Shown here piece by piece: positions 41,249 through 50,285 of a DNA stretch of 64,000 bases. The notes under the pieces were generated by a model. It saw only the letters and a list, made by a program, of their open reading frames with translations, had not been told where the DNA came from and did not search any database. A program made the position numbers and the translations under genes. Source of the DNA: Candidatus Bathyarchaeota archaeon (GTDB taxonomy: Archaea > Thermoproteota > Bathyarchaeia > Bathyarchaeales > Bathycorpusculaceae); the NCBI GenBank assembly GCA_963772455.1, contig CAVYXJ010000007.1, forward strand, positions 320,001 through 384,000. The letters are read 5' to 3'. The first letter of the stretch is position 1. Every line of letters begins with the position of its first letter.

Positions 41249-42184
41249 TTATTTGGCAGCTGCTTTTGCGAGTTTCTTGAGAATTTGGTCTTTAGCGATT
41301 GTGTATGCGATTGCGTAGTCAAATAGTCCTGATGGCTCGGCGGTTGCGCGTTTAATCATTTCTGTTTCTGTTTTGATTTTGAGTTTACCGATTGCTAGTG
41401 CACCGATGCCGTAGACGCCTGGTTTGAGTTCTTTACCATCGTCGTTTGGAGCTAAACCTTCAACTCCCAATGGTTTGATGGCGTTGATGTCTGCAACGAT
41501 TTTGCATGTTGAACTTGCATTTAGGTCTGCTGCTGAAAGAAGTTGGATTCCGCCTGCACCTGCAGAGAGAATGATTTCAGCACCTTTGATTGCATCAGCT
41601 GTTTGTTCAGGTTTTGTAACTTCGACAACTGTAACTCTTTGTGCACCGCATTCCTGGTTGATTTTGTAAGCGATTACTTGCCCCTTTGCAAGTGAGCGAC
41701 TTGTGATAGTTACGTTGGCTTTTTCTGCTGCGTAAATTCTTGCGGCTGTCTGCCCAACTGGACCTGTGCCAGCTAAAACTGCGACTTTTTTGCCTTCTAA
41801 AGATCCAAAGCCTTTCTCCATTGCGGCTCCGAAGGTTTTTGCTACTGCTGCTGCGGCTGTTGAGTATCCGCCTCTTGGGTCAACAATGATGCTGTTTCCC
41901 CATGGGGCTGATTTCATGGCTTTTTGTGTTGCTTCGACGACTTTTTCAACCATTTCGAAGTTGCTTCCGTTGATGAAGACTTTTGTGTGTTTTGCGCCTT
42001 CTGGTCCACGTGGGAACAAGAGGTCGAAGACGATTTTTGGGGCATCTTCAGCTGTTACATTTTCGTACTTGAAAATCATTGAGTCTGGGAAAGCGTCTAT
42101 TGCTACGAGCATGTCGAATGGACTGCAATACTTGTCTGTGTCTAAGAAAACGAAAACTGTTTTATAACTTGGTTGTTGTGCCAA
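41249..42184 (-). CDS. mtd: NAD(P)-dependent methylene-tetrahydromethanopterin dehydrogenase (bacterial MtdA/B/C family)
   Basis: DTDKYCSPFD...FPRGP...T.VFING, DPRGGYSTAAAAVA, LAGTGPVG, ADINAIKPLGVEG, GIGALAIGKLK. Confidence 0.85.
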   Translation of the reverse strand: MAQQPSYKTVFVFLDTDKYCSPFDMLVAIDAFPDSMIFKYENVTAEDAPKIVFDLLFPRGPEGAKHTKVFINGSNFEMVEKVVEATQKAMKSAPWGNSIIVDPRGGYSTAAAAVAKTFGAAMEKGFGSLEGKKVAVLAGTGPVGQTAARIYAAEKANVTITSRSLAKGQVIAYKINQECGAQRVTVVEVTKPEQTADAIKGAEIILSAGAGGIQLLSAADLNASSTCKIVADINAIKPLGVEGLAPNDDGKELKPGVYGIGALAIGKLKIKTETEMIKRATAEPSGLFDYAIAYTIAKDQILKKLAKAAAK

Positions 42185-42352
42185 TTTTTTACACCTTAAC
42201 CTGTTTGTGAATACAGTTTAACGATTTAAGAATTATCCAAACCCTAAAAGAAGTCCTGAGTTATTCACTGGAAACTGGCAATATTTTAACCACAACTGTT
42301 TAATAATCAAGACTTAAGAAGTTTAACCATTGAAACCAAGGAAGCAGTCTAA

Positions 42353-43396
42353 TTGTCTCTAAACACAAATCTGGAAAAACTCTCTAATGCCTGTGGAGTA
42401 ACAGGTAGAGAAGAACAAGTTAGAAACATTATGATTCAACTTATGACTCCCTACGCAGACGAAATCCAAGTAGACAGACTGGAAAACGTAATAGCTATTA
42501 AAAAAGGAAAAGCCAATTCTCCAAAAATTATGTTAGCAGCCCACATGGATGAAGTTGGGTTAATGGTGAAGACAATCACAAAAGACGGCTTTTTGCAATT
42601 CAGCAAGATGGGCGGGATAGATGACCGTATTCTGCCTGCTCAAAAAGTTGTTGTTTACACCAAAAAAGGTCAATTATCAGGTATAGTTGGGTCTAAACCA
42701 CCTCATATCCAAAAAGAAGAGGAACGCAAAAAAATCATCACTTACGATGACCTCTTCATCGATGTAGGAGCAGAAAACAAAGAAGATGCTGTAAACCTTG
42801 GCGTATCTCTTGGCGACGTAATAGCTTTCGATGTAAAATATGTTAATCTTGGCAGAGATGCTGTAATCGGTAAAGCTTTTGACAACCGAGCTGGCTGCTT
42901 AATTATGGTTGAAGCCCTTAAACTTCTCACACAAACGGATTGCACAATCTGTGCCGTTGGCACTGTCCAAGAGGAAGTAGGATTGCGTGGTGCAGCAGCA
43001 GCAGCCTTCGGTGTTGATCCTGATTTGGCATTGGCTTTAGATGTAACGATTGCAGGTGACGTGCCGGGTGTAAGAGAATTTGATACCAGTGTAAAAATGG
43101 GCAAGGGACCAGCATTAACTATTTCTGATTCAGGCTTAATCACGCACCCTAAGGTTTTGCGGTGGCTCATCGAAACAGCTGAAGAAGAAAAAATCCCGTT
43201 CCAACTTGAATCGGGTTTGCTTGGTAGCACGGATGCAGCAAGAATCTCTATTACACGTCAAGGTATCCCCTGCGGGAACATCTCTATTGCGACAAGGTAC
43301 ATCCATAGCCCAGTCGGTATGCTTAGCTTAAAGGATATTGAGAACTCTGCAAAATTAACCGCCGCAGCCGTTCAAAAAGCCAAAAAATATTTCTAA
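42353..43396 (+). CDS. M42 (TET) aminopeptidase
   Basis: AAHMDEVG, KAFDNRAG, VQEEVGLRGA, LDVT, TDA, RYIHS. Confidence 0.93.
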   Translation: MSLNTNLEKLSNACGVTGREEQVRNIMIQLMTPYADEIQVDRLENVIAIKKGKANSPKIMLAAHMDEVGLMVKTITKDGFLQFSKMGGIDDRILPAQKVVVYTKKGQLSGIVGSKPPHIQKEEERKKIITYDDLFIDVGAENKEDAVNLGVSLGDVIAFDVKYVNLGRDAVIGKAFDNRAGCLIMVEALKLLTQTDCTICAVGTVQEEVGLRGAAAAAFGVDPDLALALDVTIAGDVPGVREFDTSVKMGKGPALTISDSGLITHPKVLRWLIETAEEEKIPFQLESGLLGSTDAARISITRQGIPCGNISIATRYIHSPVGMLSLKDIENSAKLTAAAVQKAKKYF

Positions 43397-43455
43397 ACCT
43401 CATTTAGCGCAATTGTTTTTTATTCTCCTTCTTCATATTTATTGTCGGTCTTTGC

Positions 43456-43905
43456 ATGAGTAAACCTGACAAATTCGCTGGAAAATTCGAGTTTTTAGAA
43501 CACACAGCTGACGTCTATGTAAGCGCACATGGCAAAACTATGGAAGAAGCCTACGAAAACGCTGCTTTGTCAATGTTTGAAACTATTACAGACACAGACA
43601 AGGTTTCTCCCGTTCAAGAAGATTCACTTGAAGTTGAAGCAGAAGACCAATACGCTTTACTCTACAGTTGGCTAGAAGCATTGCTGGTAAAATCAGAAAC
43701 CTTAGATATGCTTTATTCTAAATTTCAAATAACCAGTTGGAAAGAAACAAACGAAAACTTTAAGATAAAAGCAAAAATTTGGGGAGAAAAATTCGATCCC
43801 CAAAAACACCCCCAAAAAGTCGCTGTCAAGGCAGTAACTTATCACCGAATGGTGATTATCCGAGAAACGGATAAGGTGATTTTGGAGTTTATCCTCGACA
43901 TCTAA
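43456..43905 (+). CDS. Archease (RtcB cofactor)
   Basis: EHTADV...VKAVTYH...ILDI. Confidence 0.93.
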   Translation: MSKPDKFAGKFEFLEHTADVYVSAHGKTMEEAYENAALSMFETITDTDKVSPVQEDSLEVEAEDQYALLYSWLEALLVKSETLDMLYSKFQITSWKETNENFKIKAKIWGEKFDPQKHPQKVAVKAVTYHRMVIIRETDKVILEFILDI

Positions 43906-44559
43906 GCAAACTTTAGTCTCTTTAGTTCAGAGAACAGTTTCTCAACCATAGGTTCAGGCGGCTGGTCCAGGGTTTTGGTTTCAAGTTCAATGAATGGAAC
44001 CTTCTTTTCCTTATAGAACGCTATCAGTGGAGTTGTTTGTTCTTGGTACACTTTGAGTCGATTTTTTATGGTTTCAGGATTGTCGTCAGATCGTCTGGTA
44101 GAGTGGTCCACCACATTTGTCACAAACTCCTTCAACTTTGGGTTTGAGGAATTTCACGTTGTAGACTGTTCCGCAGTTCTTGCAGATCCTCCGAGTCGAT
44201 AGGCGTTCAATAATGATCCAGTCAGGAACATTCAATTGCATTATGACATCGATTGGTGTTATAGTATCGAGTTTTTTGGCTTGGTCAAGAGTTCTTGGGT
44301 ATCCGTCGAGGATGAAGCCTTTTCCTTTTGAAATTTTTGATAGGTGTTGCTTCAAAACTTCAACGACAACGTCGTCTGGGACCAAAGAGCCTTTTTCCAT
44401 ATAGCTTTTAACTTTCTTGGCTATGTCTGAGTTTTCCTTGATTAGTTCACGGAAAATATCTCCCATAGAAATAACGTCAACGCCAAGTTTTGCTTGAAGT
44501 CTTGAGGCGTAAGTGCCTTTACCTGCGCCTGGCGCTCCAAAGATAATAGCTTTCAACAT
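43902..44559 (-). CDS. adk: Adenylate kinase, long Zn-LID type (apparent +1 frameshift near 44094)
   Basis: GAPGAGKGT, GDIFR, LDGYPRT, CKNC...CDKC, (R)SDD.PE....RL..Y. Confidence 0.92.
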
Positions 44560-44673
44560 AGATTTCACCAGTAAACTCCTTTTGATACAATAGTAATCTG
44601 TAATTAAATTTTACCATTGTAAGATGTTTTTCAAGAAAACATTTATGCAATTAAACTCTTAAACCGTTCTAAG

Positions 44674-45588
44674 GTGCATAGTTTGCCCACTAAAGAAATT
44701 GGGAAAAACCTGTTCATGGTTGAGTTGGAGACTGGAGGCTTTAAAAATCTTATTTGCAGCTATGTAATTAAAGGGAAAAGACCGTTCCTTGTTGAGTCAG
44801 GACCAAGTAACTCAATTCCAAATTTGCTTTCTGGTTTGAAAGAGCTTGATGTAAAACTGGAAGACGTCGAATATGTTGCAGTCACCCATATCCATTTAGA
44901 CCACGGCGGCGGAGCAGGTACTTTACTAAAGTCTTTGCCTAACGCCAAAGTCATTGTTCATCCAAAAGGCATGCCGCATCTAGTTGACCCCGAACGGCTA
45001 TGGCCTTCATCTCAGAAGGTATTAGGTTTTGTAAGCGAAATCTTCGGTAAACCAGAACCTGTTCCTAAAGAACGAGTAATTCCAGTTACCGAGGGAACTT
45101 TTGATTTAGGCTACGGAGCTAAATTGTCTGTTACTGAAACTTTAGGTCATGCTTCACATAACCTTAGCTTCCAAGAATCATTCAATGGAGGCATCTTCCC
45201 TGGAGACGCTGCTGGCACGTATCTTCCAGAATTTGATGTTGTAGTCCCAACCACACCTCCGCCCTTCTACTTGGACGCTGCATTATCCTCTTTGGATAAA
45301 TTAATCAGCCTAGAACCGACATCACTCTATTTTAGTCATTTTGGAAAAGCCAACAATGCTATTGAGCGCCTTAAAAATTATAAACTTCAGCTTAGATTGT
45401 GGGCAGATATTGCAGTGGAAGGGGTAGGAAAAAACTGGAGCCTTGAGCAGATTCGCGACAAAATCGTTGCTAAAGACGATGCTATGCGTTTGGTAGCGGA
45501 TTTTGTAAAGGCTCACCGCATCTACTCAAAAACTATTTTGGAAAACTGCGTCAGAGGATTTATCGAGAACGCCAGGCAAGGTTCATAA
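44674..45588 (+). CDS. MBL-fold metallo-hydrolase
   Basis: THIHLDHGGG, GHASH, GDAAG, SHFG. Confidence 0.9.
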   Translation: MHSLPTKEIGKNLFMVELETGGFKNLICSYVIKGKRPFLVESGPSNSIPNLLSGLKELDVKLEDVEYVAVTHIHLDHGGGAGTLLKSLPNAKVIVHPKGMPHLVDPERLWPSSQKVLGFVSEIFGKPEPVPKERVIPVTEGTFDLGYGAKLSVTETLGHASHNLSFQESFNGGIFPGDAAGTYLPEFDVVVPTTPPPFYLDAALSSLDKLISLEPTSLYFSHFGKANNAIERLKNYKLQLRLWADIAVEGVGKNWSLEQIRDKIVAKDDAMRLVADFVKAHRIYSKTILENCVRGFIENARQGS

Positions 45589-45634
45589 AAGTTTTATAGT
45601 CTCGTCAATCTTTTGTTTTGAAAGGTGAAGATTT

Positions 45635-47113
45635 TTGGGTGAAAGTGAAAGCAGAGGCGCTCCCGAACGAGTGCCGTTGGAAAAAGTTAATGATTACATG
45701 TGGCAGATTCCCAAGTACAAGCCTGGGATGCAGGTTCCAGGCATGGTTTTTGCTAATCAAGCGCTTCTGGAAAAGATGCAAACTGACCGAACGCTTTGGC
45801 AATGTTCAAACGTGGCTCAGTTGCCAGGCATTTACAAGTATGCTGTTACTTTGCCTGATGGGCACGAAGGTTACGGTTTTCCCATCGGCGGTGTGGCAGC
45901 AACCGATTATGAAAACGGCGTTATCAGCCCCGGAGGTGTCGGCTACGATATAAACTGCGGTGTTCGACTCCTGTCTACATCTCTCTCCGAGAAAGATATC
46001 CGTCCTAAGTTAGCACCGTTGGCAGAAGCAATTTTCCGCAACGTTCCCTCTGGGCTTGGAAGTCGCAGAAAAGACTTCACTGTATCCAACAATGACCTAG
46101 AGAAGTTAGTCACAGAGGGAGTGCAATGGCTAATTGACCGAGGATTAGGTTGGTCTGAGGATGCAAAGCACTGTGAAGAAAATGGACACATGGCTAACGC
46201 TAATCCCGATAAGGTTTCAAACACGGCTAAGAATCGGGGCTTAACCCAAATAGGAACTTTGGGTTCAGGAAACCATTTTTTGGAAATCCAAAAAGTAGAC
46301 AAAATCTTCAACGAGAAAACTGCTAAAACGTTCGGAATCACTCATGAAGGCCAAGTTACAATTATGATTCACTGTGGCTCAAGAGGTTATGGTCACCAAG
46401 TATGCTCTGATTATCTACGGGTTATGGAACATGCAGTACAAAAATACAAAATCTCTCTTCCTGACCGAGAATTAGCTTGCGCTCCAGGAAACACCCAAGA
46501 AGCCAAAGATTACATTGAAGCGATGGCTTGCGCAGTCAATTACGCCTTTGCAAATCGACAGGCAATTATGCATTGGGTCCGCGAGAGCTTCAAGCAAGTT
46601 TACCAGCAAGATCCTGAAAAATTTGGTTTAAACCTCGTTTACGACGTCGCCCACAACATAGCGAAAGTCGAAACTCACAACATTAACGGAATCCAAAAGA
46701 AGGTTTGGGTTCATCGCAAAGGTGCAACACGCGCATTTCCCGCAGGTCACCCAGATGTTCCAGATGATTACCGCAGTGAAGGGCAACCTGTACTTATTCC
46801 AGGAAGCATGGGTACAAGTTCATGGGTTCTGGTGGGTTCGCAAAAAGCAATGGATTTAACTTTTGGTTCAACAGCACACGGTGCAGGCAGAATGATGAGC
46901 CGTTCAGCTGCTAAACGCCAGTTCTGGGGAGGAGACATAAAATCAGCCTTAGAGAAGCGAGGCATCGTAGTTCGAGCAGCAAGCCCAACAGTGTTAGCAG
47001 AAGAAGCTGATCCTGCATACAAGAATGTAGATATGGTTGCGGATGTCAGTGACAAAGTTGGGATTGCTACAAAAGTGGCAAGGCTTGTTCCATTAGCTGT
47101 TGTGAAAGGATAA
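45635..47113 (+). CDS. rtcB: RNA-splicing/repair ligase RtcB
   Basis: PDGHEGYGFPIGG, GYDINCG, GSGNHFLE, HCGSRG, HRKGAT, PGSMG, STAHGAGR. Confidence 0.96.
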   Translation: MGESESRGAPERVPLEKVNDYMWQIPKYKPGMQVPGMVFANQALLEKMQTDRTLWQCSNVAQLPGIYKYAVTLPDGHEGYGFPIGGVAATDYENGVISPGGVGYDINCGVRLLSTSLSEKDIRPKLAPLAEAIFRNVPSGLGSRRKDFTVSNNDLEKLVTEGVQWLIDRGLGWSEDAKHCEENGHMANANPDKVSNTAKNRGLTQIGTLGSGNHFLEIQKVDKIFNEKTAKTFGITHEGQVTIMIHCGSRGYGHQVCSDYLRVMEHAVQKYKISLPDRELACAPGNTQEAKDYIEAMACAVNYAFANRQAIMHWVRESFKQVYQQDPEKFGLNLVYDVAHNIAKVETHNINGIQKKVWVHRKGATRAFPAGHPDVPDDYRSEGQPVLIPGSMGTSSWVLVGSQKAMDLTFGSTAHGAGRMMSRSAAKRQFWGGDIKSALEKRGIVVRAASPTVLAEEADPAYKNVDMVADVSDKVGIATKVARLVPLAVVKG

Positions 47114-47180
47114 TCCGCCTTTCTTTTTTTAAAAAAAAATAATTTAAAATAAGCGCTTTCTAATCGATCAAGGTGTACTC

Positions 47181-47831
47181 ATGAAGGATGAATGCGGAAT
47201 ATGCGGCAGAGTTCTTCGAACAACGTACATGCGCAAGTGTGAACGCTGCAGGAAACTGTTTTGCCGAGACTGCATGACTCCCGATGTGGCCACTGGAGAC
47301 CCAAACATGATGTTGTGCCTTCACTGTGCAAGACGGGTGGTTTCACCCCGAACAGTTTCTAAGTATGCTGGGCTTGAAGGTCACTTAAAATTTAGAGCCG
47401 CATTCACAAGCGTTGTTAAACTCTCATTCGCACGGATTGATGGATTAATTGGCAGTAACCTTCCAATGGATGCTTACAAAGATATTGCATGGTGGAGTAA
47501 TAAATCATCGAGTATTCATACGAAGGCTTGGTTGAATTCTGGGTGGGAAGTGCAAGAAGTAAACCTCAAAGAAGGCACTGTGACTTTCAAAAAAGTGCGA
47601 AATGTAGCAGTTAAGAAATCTAAAAGTAAAAAGCTGGAAATTACACAACCCTTCAAACCTGTACCTGTACACAGAATCAAATCAAAGATTCCTTCAAACA
47701 CCAAAGTTTCCAAGCTCTATGCTCGAATCAAGAATCTCGAACGTCAACGCGCTATGCCTCGACAGCCAGTTACGGGTTTAAAGTTCAAGTCGTCGCAATA
47801 CCAGAAGAGGCTCTACAAAAACGACGAGTAA
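47181..47831 (+). CDS. Cys8 zinc finger fused to a DUF7662-like domain
   Basis: CGIC-x11-CERC-x4-CRDC-x14-CLHC, then SKY..L...LSFARID.LIG..LP..AY...AWWSN...H.KAWL.SGWEV...V.F. Confidence 0.7.
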   Translation: MKDECGICGRVLRTTYMRKCERCRKLFCRDCMTPDVATGDPNMMLCLHCARRVVSPRTVSKYAGLEGHLKFRAAFTSVVKLSFARIDGLIGSNLPMDAYKDIAWWSNKSSSIHTKAWLNSGWEVQEVNLKEGTVTFKKVRNVAVKKSKSKKLEITQPFKPVPVHRIKSKIPSNTKVSKLYARIKNLERQRAMPRQPVTGLKFKSSQYQKRLYKNDE

Positions 47832-47838
47832 CCACAAT

Positions 47839-47864
47839 AGCAACGTGGCATTGTTGCTTTTTTT
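47839..47864 (+). terminator. Hairpin plus U-tract terminator
   Basis: AGCAAC-gtggcatt-GTTGCT followed by a T run, just after the stop at 47831. Confidence 0.6.
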
Positions 47865-47978
47865 GAAGCTTAATTGAATGAAGAACAGTTAATTTAGTAA
47901 TTGAAATACTTACTTAAAAATTAATTAATGCTCGTTATAGAAGTGATGTGTTTTAACGGAATAAATTACTTGAACATG

Positions 47979-49130
47979 TTAAACTGATTGCTGCCCTATT
48001 TGTTTGCCACATTTCTCACAGTACGTTGCAAATGCTTTGTTGTTTGAACCACAGAAAATACAGAATTTATTGCCTTCAGAAACAGTATCTTCGGATTTAA
48101 TAAAAGCTGCTTCAGTGGTCAAGGGTTCCTCAATTGATTGTTGCTTAGGTTTTCTTACTGACCAGATCGCTAAAGCTATTGAAGCAATAATTGCAAAGCT
48201 GATGAGAATAAACAGTAAGGGATTGTCAGAAATTAAGTTAATTGATAACGGTAGAACCGGCTTATTGCTGGGTTGGGCAATAGATGGAGAAATATACGTT
48301 GTAGGATTTGAAGTGGGCGTCGGCGATGTAATGCCATTGGAATTAGTTGGCAGCGGTGATGGTTCGATTGTTGTAATAATTTCTACATTAGAAATATACT
48401 GTTTAGTTTGGTCTATGTCATAGATAAAGGCCTTTTGTCCAAGGAATTCTTCAGGTAATTGCCCAATCTTGAAATTGTCTCCAGTTGTTTCACAATAGTA
48501 GTAAGTATTGTTGGAGTTTTCAGGGTGGGTCCAGTAGGTGCCGCGAAGGTTGTTACCGAGAATTCCAACGGCATAATGATCTGTGGGATTAATGTAGACG
48601 GTGCCATAGCCCATTATGAGTGTTAATGTTGCAAAAAGTATGGATGTATCTTCGCAATCGCCGCCATCGTCTACTAATGTTTCTATTGGAAAACGCGGAT
48701 ACTCATCGCGTCCAGTAGTAACTGAGTCGGATGTGTATGGTAAACTTTGAACAAATGCCAACACAAAGCTTACTTTATCGAAATCAGTGTATCCCTGCTG
48801 CGTCGCAGTCTCGTTTAGTTTTTGGGCAAGAACCTTTAGATAATAATCATCGGTTGTTGTGAGATAACCGTAACCTGCTGGACCATCTGCTGTTCGACTA
48901 TAAACTGGGACAGACTTGTAGGAATCATATAGATTTTGCGAGATACTTAGGTTCCATGTCCAATATTTTCCGTTATAATTCCAAGCAAACGATTTGTCGT
49001 ATAATCCATCTGTCTGGGCTGCTGCTTTTTGCGGAAGGACTATGGGCACAGATAGGATAAATGCTAATGTCAGGAAGATTAAAAGTTTGAGAGGTTTTTG
49101 TTTAAACCAGAGTCTGCCTATTTTGACCAT
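47979..49130 (-). CDS. Exported transglutaminase-like Cys protease with TM anchor and cytoplasmic zinc ribbon
   Basis: Signal peptide; FVQSLPY..D, YPRFPIETL, GDCED, HYAVG, YCETT; P/T/S linker; TM helix; FCIFCG...YCEKCG. Confidence 0.82.
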   Translation of the reverse strand: MVKIGRLWFKQKPLKLLIFLTLAFILSVPIVLPQKAAAQTDGLYDKSFAWNYNGKYWTWNLSISQNLYDSYKSVPVYSRTADGPAGYGYLTTTDDYYLKVLAQKLNETATQQGYTDFDKVSFVLAFVQSLPYTSDSVTTGRDEYPRFPIETLVDDGGDCEDTSILFATLTLIMGYGTVYINPTDHYAVGILGNNLRGTYWTHPENSNNTYYYCETTGDNFKIGQLPEEFLGQKAFIYDIDQTKQYISNVEIITTIEPSPLPTNSNGITSPTPTSNPTTYISPSIAQPSNKPVLPLSINLISDNPLLFILISFAIIASIALAIWSVRKPKQQSIEEPLTTEAAFIKSEDTVSEGNKFCIFCGSNNKAFATYCEKCGKQIGQQSV

Positions 49131-49230
49131 TTCGATCTCGGGTTACATTAGTGATCATATGTTTAAAACTTGCCCCAAATCAAATTTTTTTAGTTCCTGT
49201 TGAACAAGTACCAAATAGAAGAAAGCGTCT

Positions 49231-49512
49231 TTATTTTTGCTTGATTATCCCATAACTCTGTTTTTTCCATAGATCTCTAAACTTGTTGTAGTAATCAACG
49301 GGTTGAAAAACAGGTGCAAAAGTTAATTGCCATTCAAGCCCGCATTTGCATACTGCATAAACTTCTTTTGTTTTAGCGCTAGCGCAAATCTGTAAGAGTT
49401 CTTTTCGGCACTTAGGACAATAGTAAGGGCCATTCACCATTTGCTTGGCATCTTTTGTTAGGATTTTCATTCGGCTACCCGGAATTTTATGCCTATCCTT
49501 TCCTGAACTCAT
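49231..49512 (-). CDS. Elf1-like zinc-ribbon protein
   Basis: YCPKC...AVCKCGL...PVFQPVDYYNKFRD resembles transcription elongation factor Elf1. Confidence 0.6.
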   Translation of the reverse strand: MSSGKDRHKIPGSRMKILTKDAKQMVNGPYYCPKCRKELLQICASAKTKEVYAVCKCGLEWQLTFAPVFQPVDYYNKFRDLWKKQSYGIIKQK

Positions 49513-49818
49513 CTTCTTCAACCTAAACTACCATACTCATAAGTCGTGACTAAGATATAGGCTTCCCTACAAAAACATGTTTTTGACTGTTAAATGAAAT
49601 TCACTAAAAATCGAAGTATCAACTATTTGGATTACAAATACACACATAGAATCCAACAATGTATTGGATTGATATCTTTACTCCATTTATTCTTCAAAGT
49701 TAATCTTAAAAGAATGGAGTTTTCACTTCAAAATAAGAATTAACAAATTAGCAAAGTGTACTTCTCAAAAAGTCTTATTATATCTTTAGAGTGTAAAAGT
49801 CTTTTAGGGGGAATAGAT

Positions 49819-49953
49819 GTGTCAAAACCAAATAGAGTTAGGACAATCATCATGTTACCTTTTGTGGCTTACGTATTTTTTATTGGGTGGTGCCTTTCAT
49901 GGACAAACCCAAGAAAGCAAATCCATACAAAAAAGCATTATCAAAACATTTAA
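49819..49953 (+). CDS. Small single-TM protein (44 aa)
   Basis: GTG start after a purine-rich GGGGGA; RTIIMLPFVAYVFFIGWCLSW. Confidence 0.45.
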   Translation: MSKPNRVRTIIMLPFVAYVFFIGWCLSWTNPRKQIHTKKHYQNI

Positions 49954-50206
49954 TTTTGGAAACCTATGAACAAGAATTCTGATAATGCATTCTCTGCGGT
50001 AGAGTCAGGCATTTCGCTTAATAATGATGCAGTATCTCAGCCATAATTCGCCTATTGCAAGATAGAAGACTTGGATTCTCTGAAAGATTTATTAAAATCA
50101 CACAATATTTCATTGGATACTGAAAAGGCAGTAAGTGGTCAAATAGGTCAAGAAAATAAGCTTGACCTATCAAATCCTGAAAACAGCCTTAATCAGCAAA
50201 ATAAGG

Positions 50207-50285
50207 GCGGTTGTCGTCTAGTCTGGTTTAGGACTTTAGCCTTCCAAGCTAATGATCCCGGGTTCAAATCCCGGCGACCGCACCA
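50207..50285 (+). tRNA. tRNA-Gly (anticodon TCC), intronless, CCA encoded
   Basis: Acceptor GCGGTTG/CGACCGC; anticodon arm TTAGC-CTTCCAA-GCTAA; T arm CCGGG-TTCAAAT-CCCGG; 3' ACCA. Confidence 0.96.

Noticed and set aside
42255-42285. ORB-like TTCACTGGAAAC as a replication origin
   Set aside because: Single partial match, no G-string, no repeat array and no cdc6/orc1 nearby.
8000-44100. Frameshifts as small BHB introns or true pseudogenes
   Set aside because: Removing a single base restores homologue-like continuity (IPPAVLEKMEV, LYQRSDD, ESSADDFGVG), leaving no room for an intron, and several of the genes are essential.
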